Positions 27,001-37,212 are shown, counted from the first letter of the stretch. The stretch: 64,000 nucleotides of DNA from Chloroflexota bacterium (GCA_028876375.1 JAGWSB010000002.1:1754-65753); one strand, 5' to 3'. The notes: generated by a model from the letters alone, not told the origin. A program made the numbers and translations.

Positions 27001-27465
27001 TCGATCGAGGAGCTCCGCGGCGCGCCGAAGGCGGCGGAGCTGCCCGAGATCGTCGTCGACCTCGCCCTGTCGACCGCGATCCCCGACGCGTACGTCCCGA
27101 GCCGGCAGCGCAAGCTCGAGCTCTACCGGCGCATCGCCGAGCTGCGCGAGCTCGACGACCTCGTCGCGCTCCGCGAGGAGCTGCGCGACCGCTACGGGTC
27201 CCCGCCCGAGCCGGTCCGCAACCTCCTCTACGGCGTCGAGGTGAAGCTCCGCGCGCTGCGCGCCGGGGCGGTCGAGGTGCGCGCGCGCGGGCCCGAGCTG
27301 CGCGTCTCGCTCGGCGTGGACGCGACATCCGCGCAGCGCGAGGCGGTGCGCCGCACCTTCCCGCGCGCTCAGCTCGGGCAGCGCCAGATCCGCGTGAACG
27401 TCGTCGACATCCGCGGCGACCGCCGCGACGCGCTGACCCGATTGCTCGAGGTGCTGCGCGGATGA
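24031..27465 (+). CDS. mfd: transcription-repair coupling factor
   Basis: 1144 aa. ATGA overlap with the pth stop. GDVGYGKTEVA, the DEEHRFGV DEEH box, GQVYYVHNRV and the TRCF C-terminal domain. Confidence 0.95.
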   Translation: MTALETAVGGVRLAGALELAERSERFRDLLSRIEERRALAITEASGGARAFAWAAIAARRGSVILVVAPSGERAARWRSELAAWLGEDRVVAFPEREAMPFEASASSPATIHQRLVALWRIREGGPLAVVAPLRALLQHTISPEDLASRARVLAPGAKLPWRETALWLTGIGYEPVPEVSEPGQFSRRGGIVDVHPAGEERPVRIELFGDEVETIRAFDPVTQRSQDARERVVILPARELTLAEGPRLAERLADLGWERIDGGSEIAPYAAVVEPLRQRTEAPGVEAFAPLLGAASSIVDHLPERGTVVYEDTIELDLAHDTYEQLAEERREELRAEGLAVGAFPAPYVPRDRLERAAAERGTVRIGPGAGAFALGWGSAVSYAGRLDAFLREVAAAGPGTRLVATPQAARLADLLAERDVVATPRDDLDEPPAEGALVLLHVPLAEGFVVPELSLRVFTDAEIFGFRKPRHPVRRRRRVAIGSLLADLRPGDHVVHEDRGIALFERFLEREVAGVVREYLELRFADGVTSLPTERIDKITRYVGGTPPGLSAMGGTDWLRTKRKAKKATEDIARELLRLYAERETVRATALSPDTPWQVELENAFPFTETPDQLAAIEDTKKDLEQPRPMDRLVVGDVGYGKTEVALRAAFKAVQDGKQVAVLVPTTVLAQQHYETFCERLETFPVKIEMLSRFRSAPEQKEIVERIGAGDVDVVIGTHRVLQKDVRFRDLGLLVIDEEHRFGVKHKERLKQMRTEVHVLSLTATPIPRTLHMALSGIRDISVIETPPEDRQPIETHVVERTQELLREAIHRELDRGGQVYYVHNRVMGIEQEAERLRRLVPSARFVVAHGQMHERQLEKVMVGFADGDFDVLVCTTIIESGLDIPNVNTIVIDRAGQLGLAQLYQLRGRVGRSAMKAYAFLLYDKPERLSEDARKRLQAVFEASELGAGFKIAMQDLEIRGAGNILGAEQHGNVTAVGFELYTQLLQESIEELRGAPKAAELPEIVVDLALSTAIPDAYVPSRQRKLELYRRIAELRELDDLVALREELRDRYGSPPEPVRNLLYGVEVKLRALRAGAVEVRARGPELRVSLGVDATSAQREAVRRTFPRAQLGQRQIRVNVVDIRGDRRDALTRLLEVLRG

Positions 27466-28073
27466 GGATCGGGGTCGATCTGGACGACGTCATCGCCGAG
27501 TGCGCGGTGCCCTACCTCCGCCGGTTCGCCGAGGAGTTCCACGTCGAGCTCCCTCCCGAGCCGGGATGGCACACGCTCGACGAGATCTCCGAGGTCTCGC
27601 AGGCCGACAAGGACCGCTTCCGCCGGCGGACGTACGACGGTACGTTCTTCGGGGAGCTCGAGATGTATGCCGACGCCCCGGCCGTCCTCGAGCGGCTGGT
27701 CGCCGCCGGTCATGAGATCTACTTCGTCACCGCGCGCGCCGAGCGGCGCCGCGTCGTCACCGAGACCTGGCTTCGCGACAAGGGCATCCTCGACCACGCC
27801 AAGGCCGTGCACCTCCGCCCGCAGGGCGACTTCTCGCCGACGCGGACGCTCGGGCGCTACGACCCCACCGGCTCGGCGCGCTACAAGGTGCGCCTCGCGG
27901 AGGAGCTCGAGCTCCAGGCCTTCTGCGAGGACGACCGCCTCATCTCGCAGGAGCTCGGTAAGAGGGGCATCCGCGTGTTCCTCTTCGACCACCCGTGGAA
28001 TCGCGACGTCGAGGGACCCTCCATCGAGCGCGTGACCGGCTGGGGCGACGTCGCGCAGAAGCTCGGGATATGA
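27462..28073 (+). CDS. HAD-superfamily 5'(3')-deoxyribonucleotidase-like phosphatase
   Basis: MRIGVDLDDVI carries the DxDxV HAD motif I. About 203 aa. ATGA overlap with the mfd stop. Confidence 0.75.
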   Translation: MRIGVDLDDVIAECAVPYLRRFAEEFHVELPPEPGWHTLDEISEVSQADKDRFRRRTYDGTFFGELEMYADAPAVLERLVAAGHEIYFVTARAERRRVVTETWLRDKGILDHAKAVHLRPQGDFSPTRTLGRYDPTGSARYKVRLAEELELQAFCEDDRLISQELGKRGIRVFLFDHPWNRDVEGPSIERVTGWGDVAQKLGI

Positions 28074-28780
28074 AGGATGTGAGGGGGGCTGCGCCCCCCT
28101 CAGACCCCCCGCCCCCCTTGGATCCCCCGCGCAGGGCTGAGACGACGCTGTACCTCGTCCGCCACGGCGAGAGCGAGGCCAACGCGGCGCGCCGCTACGC
28201 GGGCCAGGCGGACAGTCCGCTCACGGAGCGCGGCCGCCGCCAGGCCGAGGCCGTCGCGGCGGCGCTGCGCGGCGTCCGTTTCGACCGCGTCATCTCGAGC
28301 GACCTGTCACGCGCCCGCGACACGGCGGCGATCGTCGCGCGCGACAGAGGGCTGCAGGTCGAGGTCTTCCCCGAGCTCCGCGAGGTCGACGTGGGTGAGG
28401 CCGAGGGGCGGCCCATCCTGCGGCGGACCGACAACTTCGACGTCGCGGGCGGGTTCGTGCAGTGGCCGGGGGGAGAGTCGCTCGAGCAGGTCGCCGCGCG
28501 CGTCCTCTCGGCGCTCGAGCGGATCGTCGCCGCGAGCCCGGGGCAGACGCTGTGCGTCGTCGGACACGGTGGCGTGACGCGCATCCTGGTGAGCCACTTC
28601 CTCGGACTCCTCCCGCGCCTCTACGAGCACGCGACGCCGACGCAGAACACGAACGTCACGGTCGTGCGGACGGACGGCATCAGCTATCGGGTCGAGTCGC
28701 TTTTCGACTCCGCGCACCTTTCCGATCCTTCGGTCGGGGAGACCCCGAGCTCGGGCCCGGGTGCTCGACCGCGCCGCTAA
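28070..28780 (+). CDS. histidine phosphatase family protein (phosphoglycerate mutase-like)
   Basis: Catalytic LYLVRHGESEAN (RHG motif) and a downstream GHGG. Start uncertain: ATG 28070 forms an ATGA overlap with the preceding stop and adds a Pro-rich leader. The track start at 27995 overlaps the previous gene and is rejected. Confidence 0.8.
   Translation: MKDVRGAAPPSDPPPPLDPPRRAETTLYLVRHGESEANAARRYAGQADSPLTERGRRQAEAVAAALRGVRFDRVISSDLSRARDTAAIVARDRGLQVEVFPELREVDVGEAEGRPILRRTDNFDVAGGFVQWPGGESLEQVAARVLSALERIVAASPGQTLCVVGHGGVTRILVSHFLGLLPRLYEHATPTQNTNVTVVRTDGISYRVESLFDSAHLSDPSVGETPSSGPGARPRR
28081..28101 (+). other. perfect 9-bp GC hairpin (GAGGGGGGC-TGC-GCCCCCCTC)
   Basis: Seen directly, 8 nt after the stop of the nucleotidase gene. 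It lies inside the putative 5' end of the phosphatase ORF. It could be a terminator/attenuator or coincidental. Confidence 0.3.
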
Positions 28781-28816
28781 CGCGTCTCGGTCTGCGCGCC
28801 CGAGGGACGCCGCCCT

Positions 28817-29347
28817 ATGATCCGTGAAGTGGGCGAGGACCTCGCCGCGAAGATCCGCGACGTCCCCGACTTCCCGAAGCCGGGGATCCTGTTCAAGGAC
28901 ATCACGACGCTGCTCAAGGACGGGCCCGCCTTCAAGGCGTCGATCGACAGCCTTCTCCAGCGCGTCCGCGGAAAGCGCATCGACCTCGTCGTGGGGATGG
29001 AGTCGCGCGGCCTCATCTTCGGCGCGCCGATCGCGTACGCGCTCGGCGTCGGCTTCGTGCCGGTCCGCAAGCTCGGCAAGCTGCCCGCCGAGGTGGTAAG
29101 CGTCGAATACGACCTCGAGTACGGATCGGCGACGCTCGAGATGCACAAGGACGCGATCGCGCCCGGACAGAAGGTGCTCATCGTCGACGACCTCCTCGCC
29201 ACCGGCGGGACGGTCGCGGGGACCATCGAGCTCGTGAAGCGGCTTCAGGGCGAGATCGTCGGCCTTGCCTTCCTGGTCGAGCTGCGCGCGCTCCACGGGC
29301 GCGACCGCCTCGACGGCTACGAGATCACCACGCTGATCGAGTACTAG
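28817..29347 (+). CDS. apt: adenine phosphoribosyltransferase
   Basis: DFPKPGILFKDIT and the VLIVDDLLATGGT PRPP-binding motif. Confidence 0.95.
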   Translation: MIREVGEDLAAKIRDVPDFPKPGILFKDITTLLKDGPAFKASIDSLLQRVRGKRIDLVVGMESRGLIFGAPIAYALGVGFVPVRKLGKLPAEVVSVEYDLEYGSATLEMHKDAIAPGQKVLIVDDLLATGGTVAGTIELVKRLQGEIVGLAFLVELRALHGRDRLDGYEITTLIEY

Positions 29348-29526
29348 GACCCCGTACACGATCGCACGCCCCGCGCGCGGTCGATACCCCACCGACACGC
29401 CGAATGCCACCGATCGGCGGTCGTGAGCGTTCCGAACGAGCGACCGCACCGGCTATCTTCCTTAGCCGGGCAGGGCCGGCCTAGGACCTTTCGGGGAGGA
29501 TCGGGCGTGAGGCGCCTCGCGACGTC

Positions 29527-31332
29527 GTGACATTGCTTCGCCGCATCGCGCGACCGAGCCTGCTGCGGACGCTGCTCGTCCGCAGCCTCCTCGTCGCCGT
29601 CGTCCCGCTGCTCGTGCTCGGATCGACCGTCATGTTCGTGATGGACGAGGTGATCCTGAGGCGCTCCGGCCCCGTGGACATCACGACGGGCGGGCGCATG
29701 GCCTCCGCCGACCAGATCGTCGTCGGCCTCGTCCTCGGCCTCATCGCCGTGCTCGTGCCGGCCATCGCCTTCTTCGCGTACCGCTCGGCCGACGGCCTGG
29801 CGCGTCCGCTGCGCGAGCTCGTCCAGGCGGCGCAGCGGATCCAGGGCGGCGACCTCACCGCGCGGATCGAGCGTCGCGCGCCGCACGAGATCGGGGCGCT
29901 CGAGGGCGCCTTCGACACGATGGTGCATGCCCTCGAGCAGCGCGAGCAGTCGAACCGGGAGCTCGTCGCGGAGCTGCAGGTCCAGGCGCTCAACGATCCC
30001 CTCACGAGCCTTCCCAACCGCCTGCTGTTCCAGGACCGCCTCCGCCAGCAGGTCTACTTCTCGTCCCGTCAAGGCGCGCGTTTCGGCGTGTTCGTCATGG
30101 ACCTCGACGGATTCAAGGAGGTCAACGACACGTTCGGGCACCAGACCGGCGATCGCCTCCTCGTGATGGTCGGCGAGCGCATCCGCACGACGCTCCGCGA
30201 GTCCGACACCGTCGCGCGGTTCGGGGGCGACGAGTTCGCGCTCCTGGTCCCGACCGCGGATTCGGAGGACAAGGCGGAGACCGTCGCGCGGCGCATCCAG
30301 AAGACGCTCGAGGCGCCGTTCGGCCTCGACGGCTTCCTTCTCAACGTCGAGGCGAGCATCGGGATCACGATGTTCCCCGAGCACGGCGAGGACCCCCAGA
30401 CCCTGGTCAAGCGCGCCGACGCGGCGATGTACGTCGCGAAGCGGGTGAAGAGCGGCTTCAGCCTGTACCGCCCGAGCGAGGAGCTCGAGGCCCGCGACCG
30501 GCTGATCCTCATGGGCGAGTTCCGCCAGGCGATCGAGCGCGACGAGCTCGTCCTCCACTACCAGCCCGAGGTCGATCCGCGCACCGGTGAGGTCCTCACC
30601 GTCGAGGCGCTCGTCCGCTGGCGCCACCCGACGCGCGGCATGCTCTCGCCCGACCAGTTCATTCCGTTCGCGGAGCAGACGGGCCTCATCCGTCCGCTCA
30701 CGAACCACGTGATCGATCGCGCGATCGGGCAGGTGCGGTCGTGGCGCAACCGCATGGGGCAGCCCGTCCGCGTGGCCATCAACCTCTCCGCGCGCGACTT
30801 CCAGGACCCCGAGCTCCCAAAGCACATCGAGACGGCGCTGCGCCGGCACGACATGCCGCCGGAGCAGCTGAAGCTCGAGATCACCGAGACGGTCGTCATG
30901 GCCGATGCCGCGCGCTCGCTGAGCACGCTGGCGACGCTACGCGAGATGGGCATCCAGCTCTCCATCGACGACTTCGGGACGGGCTACTCCTCGCTCGCGT
31001 ACCTCAAGCGCTTCCCCGTCGACGAGATCAAGATCGACCGCTCCTTCGTCACCGACATCGTCGCCGATCACGGCGCGAACGCGATCGTGCGCGCGACGAT
31101 CGAGCTGGCCCACAGCCTCGACCGCACCGTCGTCGCGGAAGGCGTCGAAGACCAGGCGACCATGGCCGTCCTCGCGGGCTACGGCTGCGACGCCGTCCAG
31201 GGCTACTACTTCACCAAGCCCCTCGCCGCCGCCGACGTCGCACTCCTCATCTCGGGGACGCCGCCGTGGGTCGCGCGCGGACGGCTGCTCGACCTCAAGG
31301 TGGTCCCCGGCGGGCTCGAGGCCGCGGTCTAG
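29527..31332 (+). CDS. membrane HAMP-GGDEF-EAL c-di-GMP turnover protein
   Basis: Two TM helices and a HAMP domain (LRELVQAAQRIQGGDLTARI). The GGDEF motif is intact (RFGGDEFALL). EAL motifs are intact (VEALVRW, EITE, DDFGTGYSS). Confidence 0.9.
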   Translation: MTLLRRIARPSLLRTLLVRSLLVAVVPLLVLGSTVMFVMDEVILRRSGPVDITTGGRMASADQIVVGLVLGLIAVLVPAIAFFAYRSADGLARPLRELVQAAQRIQGGDLTARIERRAPHEIGALEGAFDTMVHALEQREQSNRELVAELQVQALNDPLTSLPNRLLFQDRLRQQVYFSSRQGARFGVFVMDLDGFKEVNDTFGHQTGDRLLVMVGERIRTTLRESDTVARFGGDEFALLVPTADSEDKAETVARRIQKTLEAPFGLDGFLLNVEASIGITMFPEHGEDPQTLVKRADAAMYVAKRVKSGFSLYRPSEELEARDRLILMGEFRQAIERDELVLHYQPEVDPRTGEVLTVEALVRWRHPTRGMLSPDQFIPFAEQTGLIRPLTNHVIDRAIGQVRSWRNRMGQPVRVAINLSARDFQDPELPKHIETALRRHDMPPEQLKLEITETVVMADAARSLSTLATLREMGIQLSIDDFGTGYSSLAYLKRFPVDEIKIDRSFVTDIVADHGANAIVRATIELAHSLDRTVVAEGVEDQATMAVLAGYGCDAVQGYYFTKPLAAADVALLISGTPPWVARGRLLDLKVVPGGLEAAV

Positions 31333-31439
31333 CGGAGCGACCGCGCGAGGCGGCCCGGGCGGCGGCCGCTAGACTCAGAGGACCACTTCCGGCGACCGGC
31401 GGAGCCCCGCTTGGTCCCCATCACGCTGGTGGAGGACGA

Positions 31440-32270
31440 ATGACGGCGGCCCCGCTCATGCCCGAGATCCACGTCGACGAGAACGCGTCCGCGGACGTCG
31501 TCCGCGCGTTCTTCGGGCACGACCGCCTGCTCGCGGCGTACGCGCTCGCCGATCTCGATCCCGACAACGTCGATACCGCGCGCTGGTGGGTGGCGCGCCG
31601 CGGCCGCGACGTCACGGCCGCCGCGCTGCTCGTCGAGATCCTGCCGTTCCGGCCGTGCTTCGCGATGGGGGACACCGACTCGCTGGCGTCGCTCTTCCAC
31701 GAGCTGCGGGAGCAGCGCCTCATCCTCGCCGTGCCGCCCCGCGGGCGGCCGGCCGTCGAGCAGACGTACCGCTTCGAGCGCGTCGACCTCATGCGCCGGA
31801 TGGCCGTGGAGGCGCGCGCGTTCCTTCCGCGGACGACGCGGACGCCGACGCGGCTCGGGCCCGACCAGCTCGAGGACCTCATCGAGCTGTACGGCGAGGC
31901 GTCGCGCTCGTACTTCACGGCGCGCCGCCTCGCGCGCGAGATCTACTACGGCGTCTACGACGGACGCCGCCTCGTGTCGGCCGCCGGGACGCACGTGCGC
32001 TCGTCGCACGCCGGCATCGCCGCCGTCGGCAACGTCCTCACGCGCATCGGCCACCGCGACCGCGGCCTCGCGACGTCGGTGACGTCCGCCGTCACGGAGG
32101 AGGCGCTGCGCGAGCACCGCGACGTCGTCCTCAACGTCCGGCAGGAGAACGCTCCGGCGATCCGCGTGTACGAGAGGCTCGGCTACCACACTCACGCCAC
32201 GTTCATCGAGGGCCCCGCCGTCCGGCGCGCGCCCTGGGAGCGCATCACGAACATATGGAGAAGGAATTGA
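31440..32270 (+). CDS. GNAT-family N-acetyltransferase
   Basis: ATG 31440 with GGAGG 4 nt upstream. The C-terminal acetyl-CoA binding region reads HRDRGLATSVTSAV...NAPAIRVYERLGY. Confidence 0.8.
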   Translation: MTAAPLMPEIHVDENASADVVRAFFGHDRLLAAYALADLDPDNVDTARWWVARRGRDVTAAALLVEILPFRPCFAMGDTDSLASLFHELREQRLILAVPPRGRPAVEQTYRFERVDLMRRMAVEARAFLPRTTRTPTRLGPDQLEDLIELYGEASRSYFTARRLAREIYYGVYDGRRLVSAAGTHVRSSHAGIAAVGNVLTRIGHRDRGLATSVTSAVTEEALREHRDVVLNVRQENAPAIRVYERLGYHTHATFIEGPAVRRAPWERITNIWRRN

Positions 32271-33538
32271 CGACCCTCACGGCAAAGCCACCGGCCCACG
32301 ACGTGACCGACCTCGGGCTCGCGGAGCTCGGCGCCGGGCGCATCGAGTGGGCCGCGCGCGAGATGCCCGTTCTGTCCCAGATCCGGCGCCGCATCGCGAA
32401 GGAGAAGCCCTTCGCCGGACTGCGCATCGGCGCGTGCCTCCACGTGACGACGGAGACCGCGAACCTCGCGCTCGCGCTGCGCGACGGCGGCGCCAGCGTC
32501 GCGCTGTGCGCGTCCAACCCGCTCTCCACGCAGGACGACGCCGCGGCGGCGATCGTCGCGCGCGACGGCATCTCCGTCTTCGCGCGGAAGGGCGAGGACC
32601 GCGACACCTACTACAAGCACATCCAGGCGGTCCTCGACACGCACCCGCAGATCACGATGGACGACGGGGCCGACGTGGTGACGCTGCTCCACACCGAGCG
32701 GCGCGCTCAGCTCCCGGAGGTCAAGGGCGGGACGGAGGAGACGACGACCGGCGTCATCCGCCTGCGCGCGATGGCCGCCGAGGGCGTCCTCGCGTACCCC
32801 ATCGTCGCGGTCAACGAGGCGCGGACGAAGCACATGTTCGACAACCAGTACGGGACCGGGCAGTCCGGGATCGACGGCCTCCTCCGCGCGACGAACATCC
32901 TCATCGCCGGCAAGACCGCCGTCGTGTGCGGCTACGGTTGGGTCGGGCGCGGGGTCGCCGTGCGGCTCAAGGGTATGGGCGCGATCGTCATCGTGTGCGA
33001 GGTCGACCCGCTCCGCGGGCTCGAGGCGGCATGCGACGGCTACCAGGTCGCGACGGTCGCCGAGGCGGCGAAGCGCGGCGACATCTTCTTCACCGCGACC
33101 GGCAACCTCAACGTCCTGGGCAAGGACCACTTCCCGCTCATGAAGGACGGCGCGATCCTCGGGAACGTCGGGCACTTCAACGACGAGATCGAGATCCCGG
33201 CGCTCGAGAAGCTCGCGTCGTCGAAGCGGACGATCCGCCCGTTCGTCGAGGAGTACGGCGTCGGCGGCAAGAGCGTCTTCCTCCTCGCGGAGGGACGCCT
33301 CCTCAACCACGCGGCGGCGGAGGCCAACCCCGCGGCGGTCATGGACATGAGCTTCTCCAACCAGGTGCTCGCCATCGAGCACATCCTCCGCAGCACGCTG
33401 CGGCCCGACGTGTACAGCGTGCGGCCGGAGGACGACGCTCTCGTCGCGCGGCTCAAGCTCGCCGCGATGGGGATGAAGATCGACCAGATGACGGAAGCGC
33501 AGGCGCAGTACGCGAGATCGTGGAAGGCAGGAACGTAA
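32255..33538 (+). CDS. ahcY: adenosylhomocysteinase
   Basis: [23 protein letters not shown] (NAD binding) and GHFNDEI. Overlaps the GNAT 3' end by 16 nt. Confidence 0.95.
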   Translation: MEKELTTLTAKPPAHDVTDLGLAELGAGRIEWAAREMPVLSQIRRRIAKEKPFAGLRIGACLHVTTETANLALALRDGGASVALCASNPLSTQDDAAAAIVARDGISVFARKGEDRDTYYKHIQAVLDTHPQITMDDGADVVTLLHTERRAQLPEVKGGTEETTTGVIRLRAMAAEGVLAYPIVAVNEARTKHMFDNQYGTGQSGIDGLLRATNILIAGKTAVVCGYGWVGRGVAVRLKGMGAIVIVCEVDPLRGLEAACDGYQVATVAEAAKRGDIFFTATGNLNVLGKDHFPLMKDGAILGNVGHFNDEIEIPALEKLASSKRTIRPFVEEYGVGGKSVFLLAEGRLLNHAAAEANPAAVMDMSFSNQVLAIEHILRSTLRPDVYSVRPEDDALVARLKLAAMGMKIDQMTEAQAQYARSWKAGT

Positions 33539-33542
33539 AGGG

Positions 33543-34757
33543 ATGAGCACGAGCTTCACGGCGGCCGAGCAGCTCCTCTTCACCAGCGAGTCCGTGACGG
33601 AGGGCCACCCCGACAAGCTGTGCGATCAGGTGTCGGACGCGGTCCTCGACGAGATGCTCCGACAGGACCCGAACTCGCGGGTCGCCTGCGAGACGGCGAC
33701 GACGACGGGCGTCGTCTTCGTCCTCGGCGAGATCACGACGAAGGGGTACGTCGACCTCCAGAAGCTCGTCCGTGAGGTCGTGCGCGACATCGGCTACACG
33801 GACGCGTCGTACGGCTTCGACTACCAGACCTGCGGCGTCATCGCCGCCATCAAGGAGCAGTCGAGCGAGATCGCGCAGGGCGTCGACCACGCGCTCGAAG
33901 CGCGGCAGGGCCAGGACCCCGACGAGCTGGGCGCCGGCGACCAGGGGATGATGTTCGGCTTCGCCGTCGACGAGACGCCCGAGCTCATGCCGCTGCCCAT
34001 CGCCCTCGCGCACCGCGTCGCGAAGAGGCTCTCCGAGGTCCGCAAGAAGGGCGAGGCGAAGTACCTGCGCCCCGACGGAAAGAGCCAGGTCACCGTCGAG
34101 TACCGCTTCGGCCGCCCGGCGCGGGTGGACAAGGTCGTCGTCGCGGCGCAGCACGACCCGGGCATCGCTCACGCCCGCCTCCGCGACGACGTCATCGAGC
34201 GCGTCATCCGTCCCGCCGTCGGCGACCTCCTCGACGACCGCACGACGTACGTCGTCAACGGGACGGGCGCCTTCACCATCGGCGGGCCGATGGGGGACGC
34301 GGGGCTCACCGGGCGCAAGATCATCGTCGACACCTACGGCGGCTACGCGCGGCACGGCGGCGGCGCGTTCAGCGGGAAGGACGCGACGAAGGTGGACCGC
34401 TCGGCGTCGTACGCCGCGCGCTACGTGGCCAAGAACGTCGTCGCGGCCGGCCTCGCGGCGAGATGCGAGATACAGGTCGCGTACGTCATCGGCGTGGCGC
34501 GTCCGGTCTCGCTCAACGTCGAGACGTTCGGGACGGGGACCGTTCCCGACGAGCGCATCAAGGCGCTCATCGCCGAGCACTTCGACTTCCGCCCCGGCGC
34601 GATCATCGAGCGCTTCGGGCTGCGGCGTCCGATCTACCGGCAGACGGCGGCGTACGGCCACTTCGGCCGGACCGACCTCGACCTGCCGTGGGAGCGGACC
34701 GACATGGCCGAAAGGCTCGGCGCCGCGCGCTCCCCGGGGGTCGCGACCGCGCGCTGA
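33543..34757 (+). CDS. metK: S-adenosylmethionine synthetase
   Basis: [39 protein letters not shown]. Confidence 0.97.
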   Translation: MSTSFTAAEQLLFTSESVTEGHPDKLCDQVSDAVLDEMLRQDPNSRVACETATTTGVVFVLGEITTKGYVDLQKLVREVVRDIGYTDASYGFDYQTCGVIAAIKEQSSEIAQGVDHALEARQGQDPDELGAGDQGMMFGFAVDETPELMPLPIALAHRVAKRLSEVRKKGEAKYLRPDGKSQVTVEYRFGRPARVDKVVVAAQHDPGIAHARLRDDVIERVIRPAVGDLLDDRTTYVVNGTGAFTIGGPMGDAGLTGRKIIVDTYGGYARHGGGAFSGKDATKVDRSASYAARYVAKNVVAAGLAARCEIQVAYVIGVARPVSLNVETFGTGTVPDERIKALIAEHFDFRPGAIIERFGLRRPIYRQTAAYGHFGRTDLDLPWERTDMAERLGAARSPGVATAR

Positions 34758-34822
34758 TACCGCCCCGGCGGGGTGGCCCTGCTCTTGCATGCTCGCCCCC
34801 TGAGTTCCTCAGGAGGTCAGCT

Positions 34823-35500
34823 ATGCGGCAGACAAAGATGACTCCGACGGGGACGGCGTGGGGCGCCGTGATCTGCGGGTGGATCGCGGCGGTCGGCGCC
34901 GCGGCGCTGCTCGCGCCCGCGGTCGCCGCGCTCCTGGCGGGCCGTCCGGTGGTCCCCGACCAGCTCGCGCTCGCGGTGCCCGTGATCGTCGGCCTCGCGC
35001 TCGCGTACCTCATCGGCGGCTACGTCGCCGGACGCATGGCCGGGTACCACACCAGCTGGCACGGGATGATGAGCGCGTTCTTCGGCCTGTTCATCGCGCT
35101 GCTCGCGCTCCTCGTCGCCGCGGCGGCGGAGCAGGGACTGCTCGCGTCGTCCGGCATCCGGTCGCTCGCGGACGTCTTCCCCGGCATGCGTCAGCTCGAC
35201 CTGCGCGTCCTCGGCGACACGCTGACGTTCGGCTCGATCCTCAGCTTCCTGGCGACGATCTTCGCCGGCTGGCTCGGCGGACTTCTCGCTCCCGACGTCT
35301 ACGCGCGCGTCGCGACGCCGGCCGTCCCGAGCGAACGCGTCGTCGAGCGGGAGGTGCTGCCCGACCGCGTCGTCCAGGAGCGTGTGGTGCGGCGCGAGCG
35401 GCCCAGCTTCCGCCTCCTGCCGGCCCTCGGTCGGAAGGGCGGAGAACGCGTCGCTCGTTCCGACGACGAGGTCAAGGAGACGCGGATCGAGCGGGAGTAG
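34823..35500 (+). CDS. hypothetical membrane protein (4 TM) with charged C-terminal tail
   Basis: ATG 34823 is preceded by AGGAGG at 6-nt spacing. Hydrophobic helices are followed by repetitive ERVV(E/Q)RE. High GC3. Confidence 0.75.
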   Translation: MRQTKMTPTGTAWGAVICGWIAAVGAAALLAPAVAALLAGRPVVPDQLALAVPVIVGLALAYLIGGYVAGRMAGYHTSWHGMMSAFFGLFIALLALLVAAAAEQGLLASSGIRSLADVFPGMRQLDLRVLGDTLTFGSILSFLATIFAGWLGGLLAPDVYARVATPAVPSERVVEREVLPDRVVQERVVRRERPSFRLLPALGRKGGERVARSDDEVKETRIERE

Positions 35501-35577
35501 CCTCTTTTCCCGCTCGTGCGCCTGCCCGGCTCTCGTGCGAGAGTGGGCGGAAGCGCCTTCGGCGCGGGAGGAGTTGG

Positions 35578-37182
35578 ATGGCTACGAAGCTCAGCAGACG
35601 ACGGTTCCTCGTCCTCGGTTCCGCGACCGCTCTCGCGGTGGCCTGCGCCCCCAGCACGGGCGGAGCGCCCGGCGCCAGCGCCTCCGCGGGAGGCGGGGCG
35701 GCCGGCGCGCCGCAGAAGGGCGGGAGCCTGACCTTCGCCCTCGACAGCGACATCAGCGACCTCGACCCGATGCTGTCGGCGCTGTTCGTCGACCGGAACA
35801 TCCACTACCAGATGTACGACTCGCTCGTACGCATCAACGCGAAGGGCGAGATCGTCCCCGGGCTCGCCACCAAGTGGACGACCTCGTCCGACGGCAAGAC
35901 GGTCACCTTCGACCTGCGGCAGGGGGTGAAGTACCAGGACGGCACGACCTTCGACGCCGCCTCCGTCAAGTGGAACCTCGACCGCTACCGCCAGAAGGGC
36001 TCGCACCGCACCGGGGAGCTCGCGCCGGTCGAGAGCGTCGACGTCGTCGATGACCATACCGTGAAGGTCACGCTGAAGACGGCGTTCGCGCCGTTCCTCT
36101 CGATCCTCGTCGACCGCGCCGGGATGATGGTCTCGCAGAAGGTCGCCGACGCCATGGGCAAGGACTTCACGGTCCATCCGTACAAGGCGGGGACCGGCCC
36201 CTTCGTCCTCACCGAGGCGGTGAAGAGCGACCACTACACGCTGACGCGCAACCCCGACTACTGGGAGAAGGACCAGGGCGGGAACGCGCTGCCCTACCTG
36301 GACAGCATCACCTTCAAGCCCATCCTCGATCCGAACGTCCGCCTCACCAACGTCCGCACGGGACAGGCGCAGGTGCTGACGCGCATGAGCGGCAAGGACA
36401 TCCCGACCGTGAAGAGCGACTCGACGCTCACCTTCGTGCAGACGAGCGCGTACGGGTGGGACAGCATGATCCCCAACCGCTCGCCGGGCGCGCTCTTCAG
36501 CGAGGCTCGCTACGTGAAGGCGGTGTCGATGGCCATCGACCGCGACCAGCTCCTCAACGACGGCCCGGCCAAGGGCGTCGGGGCGGTCGCGTACGGACCG
36601 TACGCGCCGAGCCACTTCTGCTACGACCCCAGCTTCAAGCCGTTCGCGAAGGCGGATCCGGCCGGCGCGAAGAAGCTCATCGACGACGTCGGCAAGGGGC
36701 CGCTCACGTTCGAGCTCCTCGTCCCTTCCGGAAGCCCGGACACGCTCCAGCTCGCGCAGCTCATCCAGTCGCAGCTGAAGACCGCGGGCATCACCATGAA
36801 CATCAAGACCGAGCTCTTCAACCAGATCGTCAAGATCTCGGAGCAGCACCAGCAGCCGGGCATGTCCCTCTACGGCTGGAGCGGCCGTATCGACCCCGAC
36901 CAGAACACGTACGACTTCGTCGTGACCGGGCAGCCGAACAACGACTCCGCCTACTCGAACCCGCAAGTGGACCAGCTGATGAAGCAGCAGCGGACCGAGA
37001 CCGACCAGGCCAAGCGGAAGACGGATCTCCAGAAGGCGCAGCAGATCTTCGCGGTCGACGACCCCTCGCGCGTCTGGTACGACTTCGCGGCGTCGATCCT
37101 CCTCACCGCGAAGGCGGTGCAGGGCCTGGAGGCCTATCCCGACCAGATCGCTCGCCTGGGATACGGCTGGCTCAAGAAGTAG
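35578..37182 (+). CDS. ABC transporter substrate-binding lipoprotein, family 5 (peptide/nickel, DppA/OppA-like)
   Basis: Twin-arginine-like RRRFLVLG plus lipobox LAVAC. Family-5 SBP body (GGSLTFAL, YQMYDSLV, LTRNPDYW). Confidence 0.9.
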   Translation: MATKLSRRRFLVLGSATALAVACAPSTGGAPGASASAGGGAAGAPQKGGSLTFALDSDISDLDPMLSALFVDRNIHYQMYDSLVRINAKGEIVPGLATKWTTSSDGKTVTFDLRQGVKYQDGTTFDAASVKWNLDRYRQKGSHRTGELAPVESVDVVDDHTVKVTLKTAFAPFLSILVDRAGMMVSQKVADAMGKDFTVHPYKAGTGPFVLTEAVKSDHYTLTRNPDYWEKDQGGNALPYLDSITFKPILDPNVRLTNVRTGQAQVLTRMSGKDIPTVKSDSTLTFVQTSAYGWDSMIPNRSPGALFSEARYVKAVSMAIDRDQLLNDGPAKGVGAVAYGPYAPSHFCYDPSFKPFAKADPAGAKKLIDDVGKGPLTFELLVPSGSPDTLQLAQLIQSQLKTAGITMNIKTELFNQIVKISEQHQQPGMSLYGWSGRIDPDQNTYDFVVTGQPNNDSAYSNPQVDQLMKQQRTETDQAKRKTDLQKAQQIFAVDDPSRVWYDFAASILLTAKAVQGLEAYPDQIARLGYGWLKK

Positions 37183-37212
37183 CGGCAACGTCGTGACGCG
37201 GGAGGCGACGGG

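Noticed and set aside
27995-28069. Track start (27995) for the histidine phosphatase ORF
   Set aside because: It would overlap the last 79 nt of the preceding nucleotidase gene in another frame. ATG 28070 in the ATGA junction is more parsimonious.
29449-29469. Hairpin CCGGCTA-TCTTCCT-TAGCCGG between apt and the GGDEF-EAL gene
   Set aside because: It has only a 7-bp stem with no U-tract and lies about 100 nt from the apt stop. That is too weak to call as a terminator or regulatory element.
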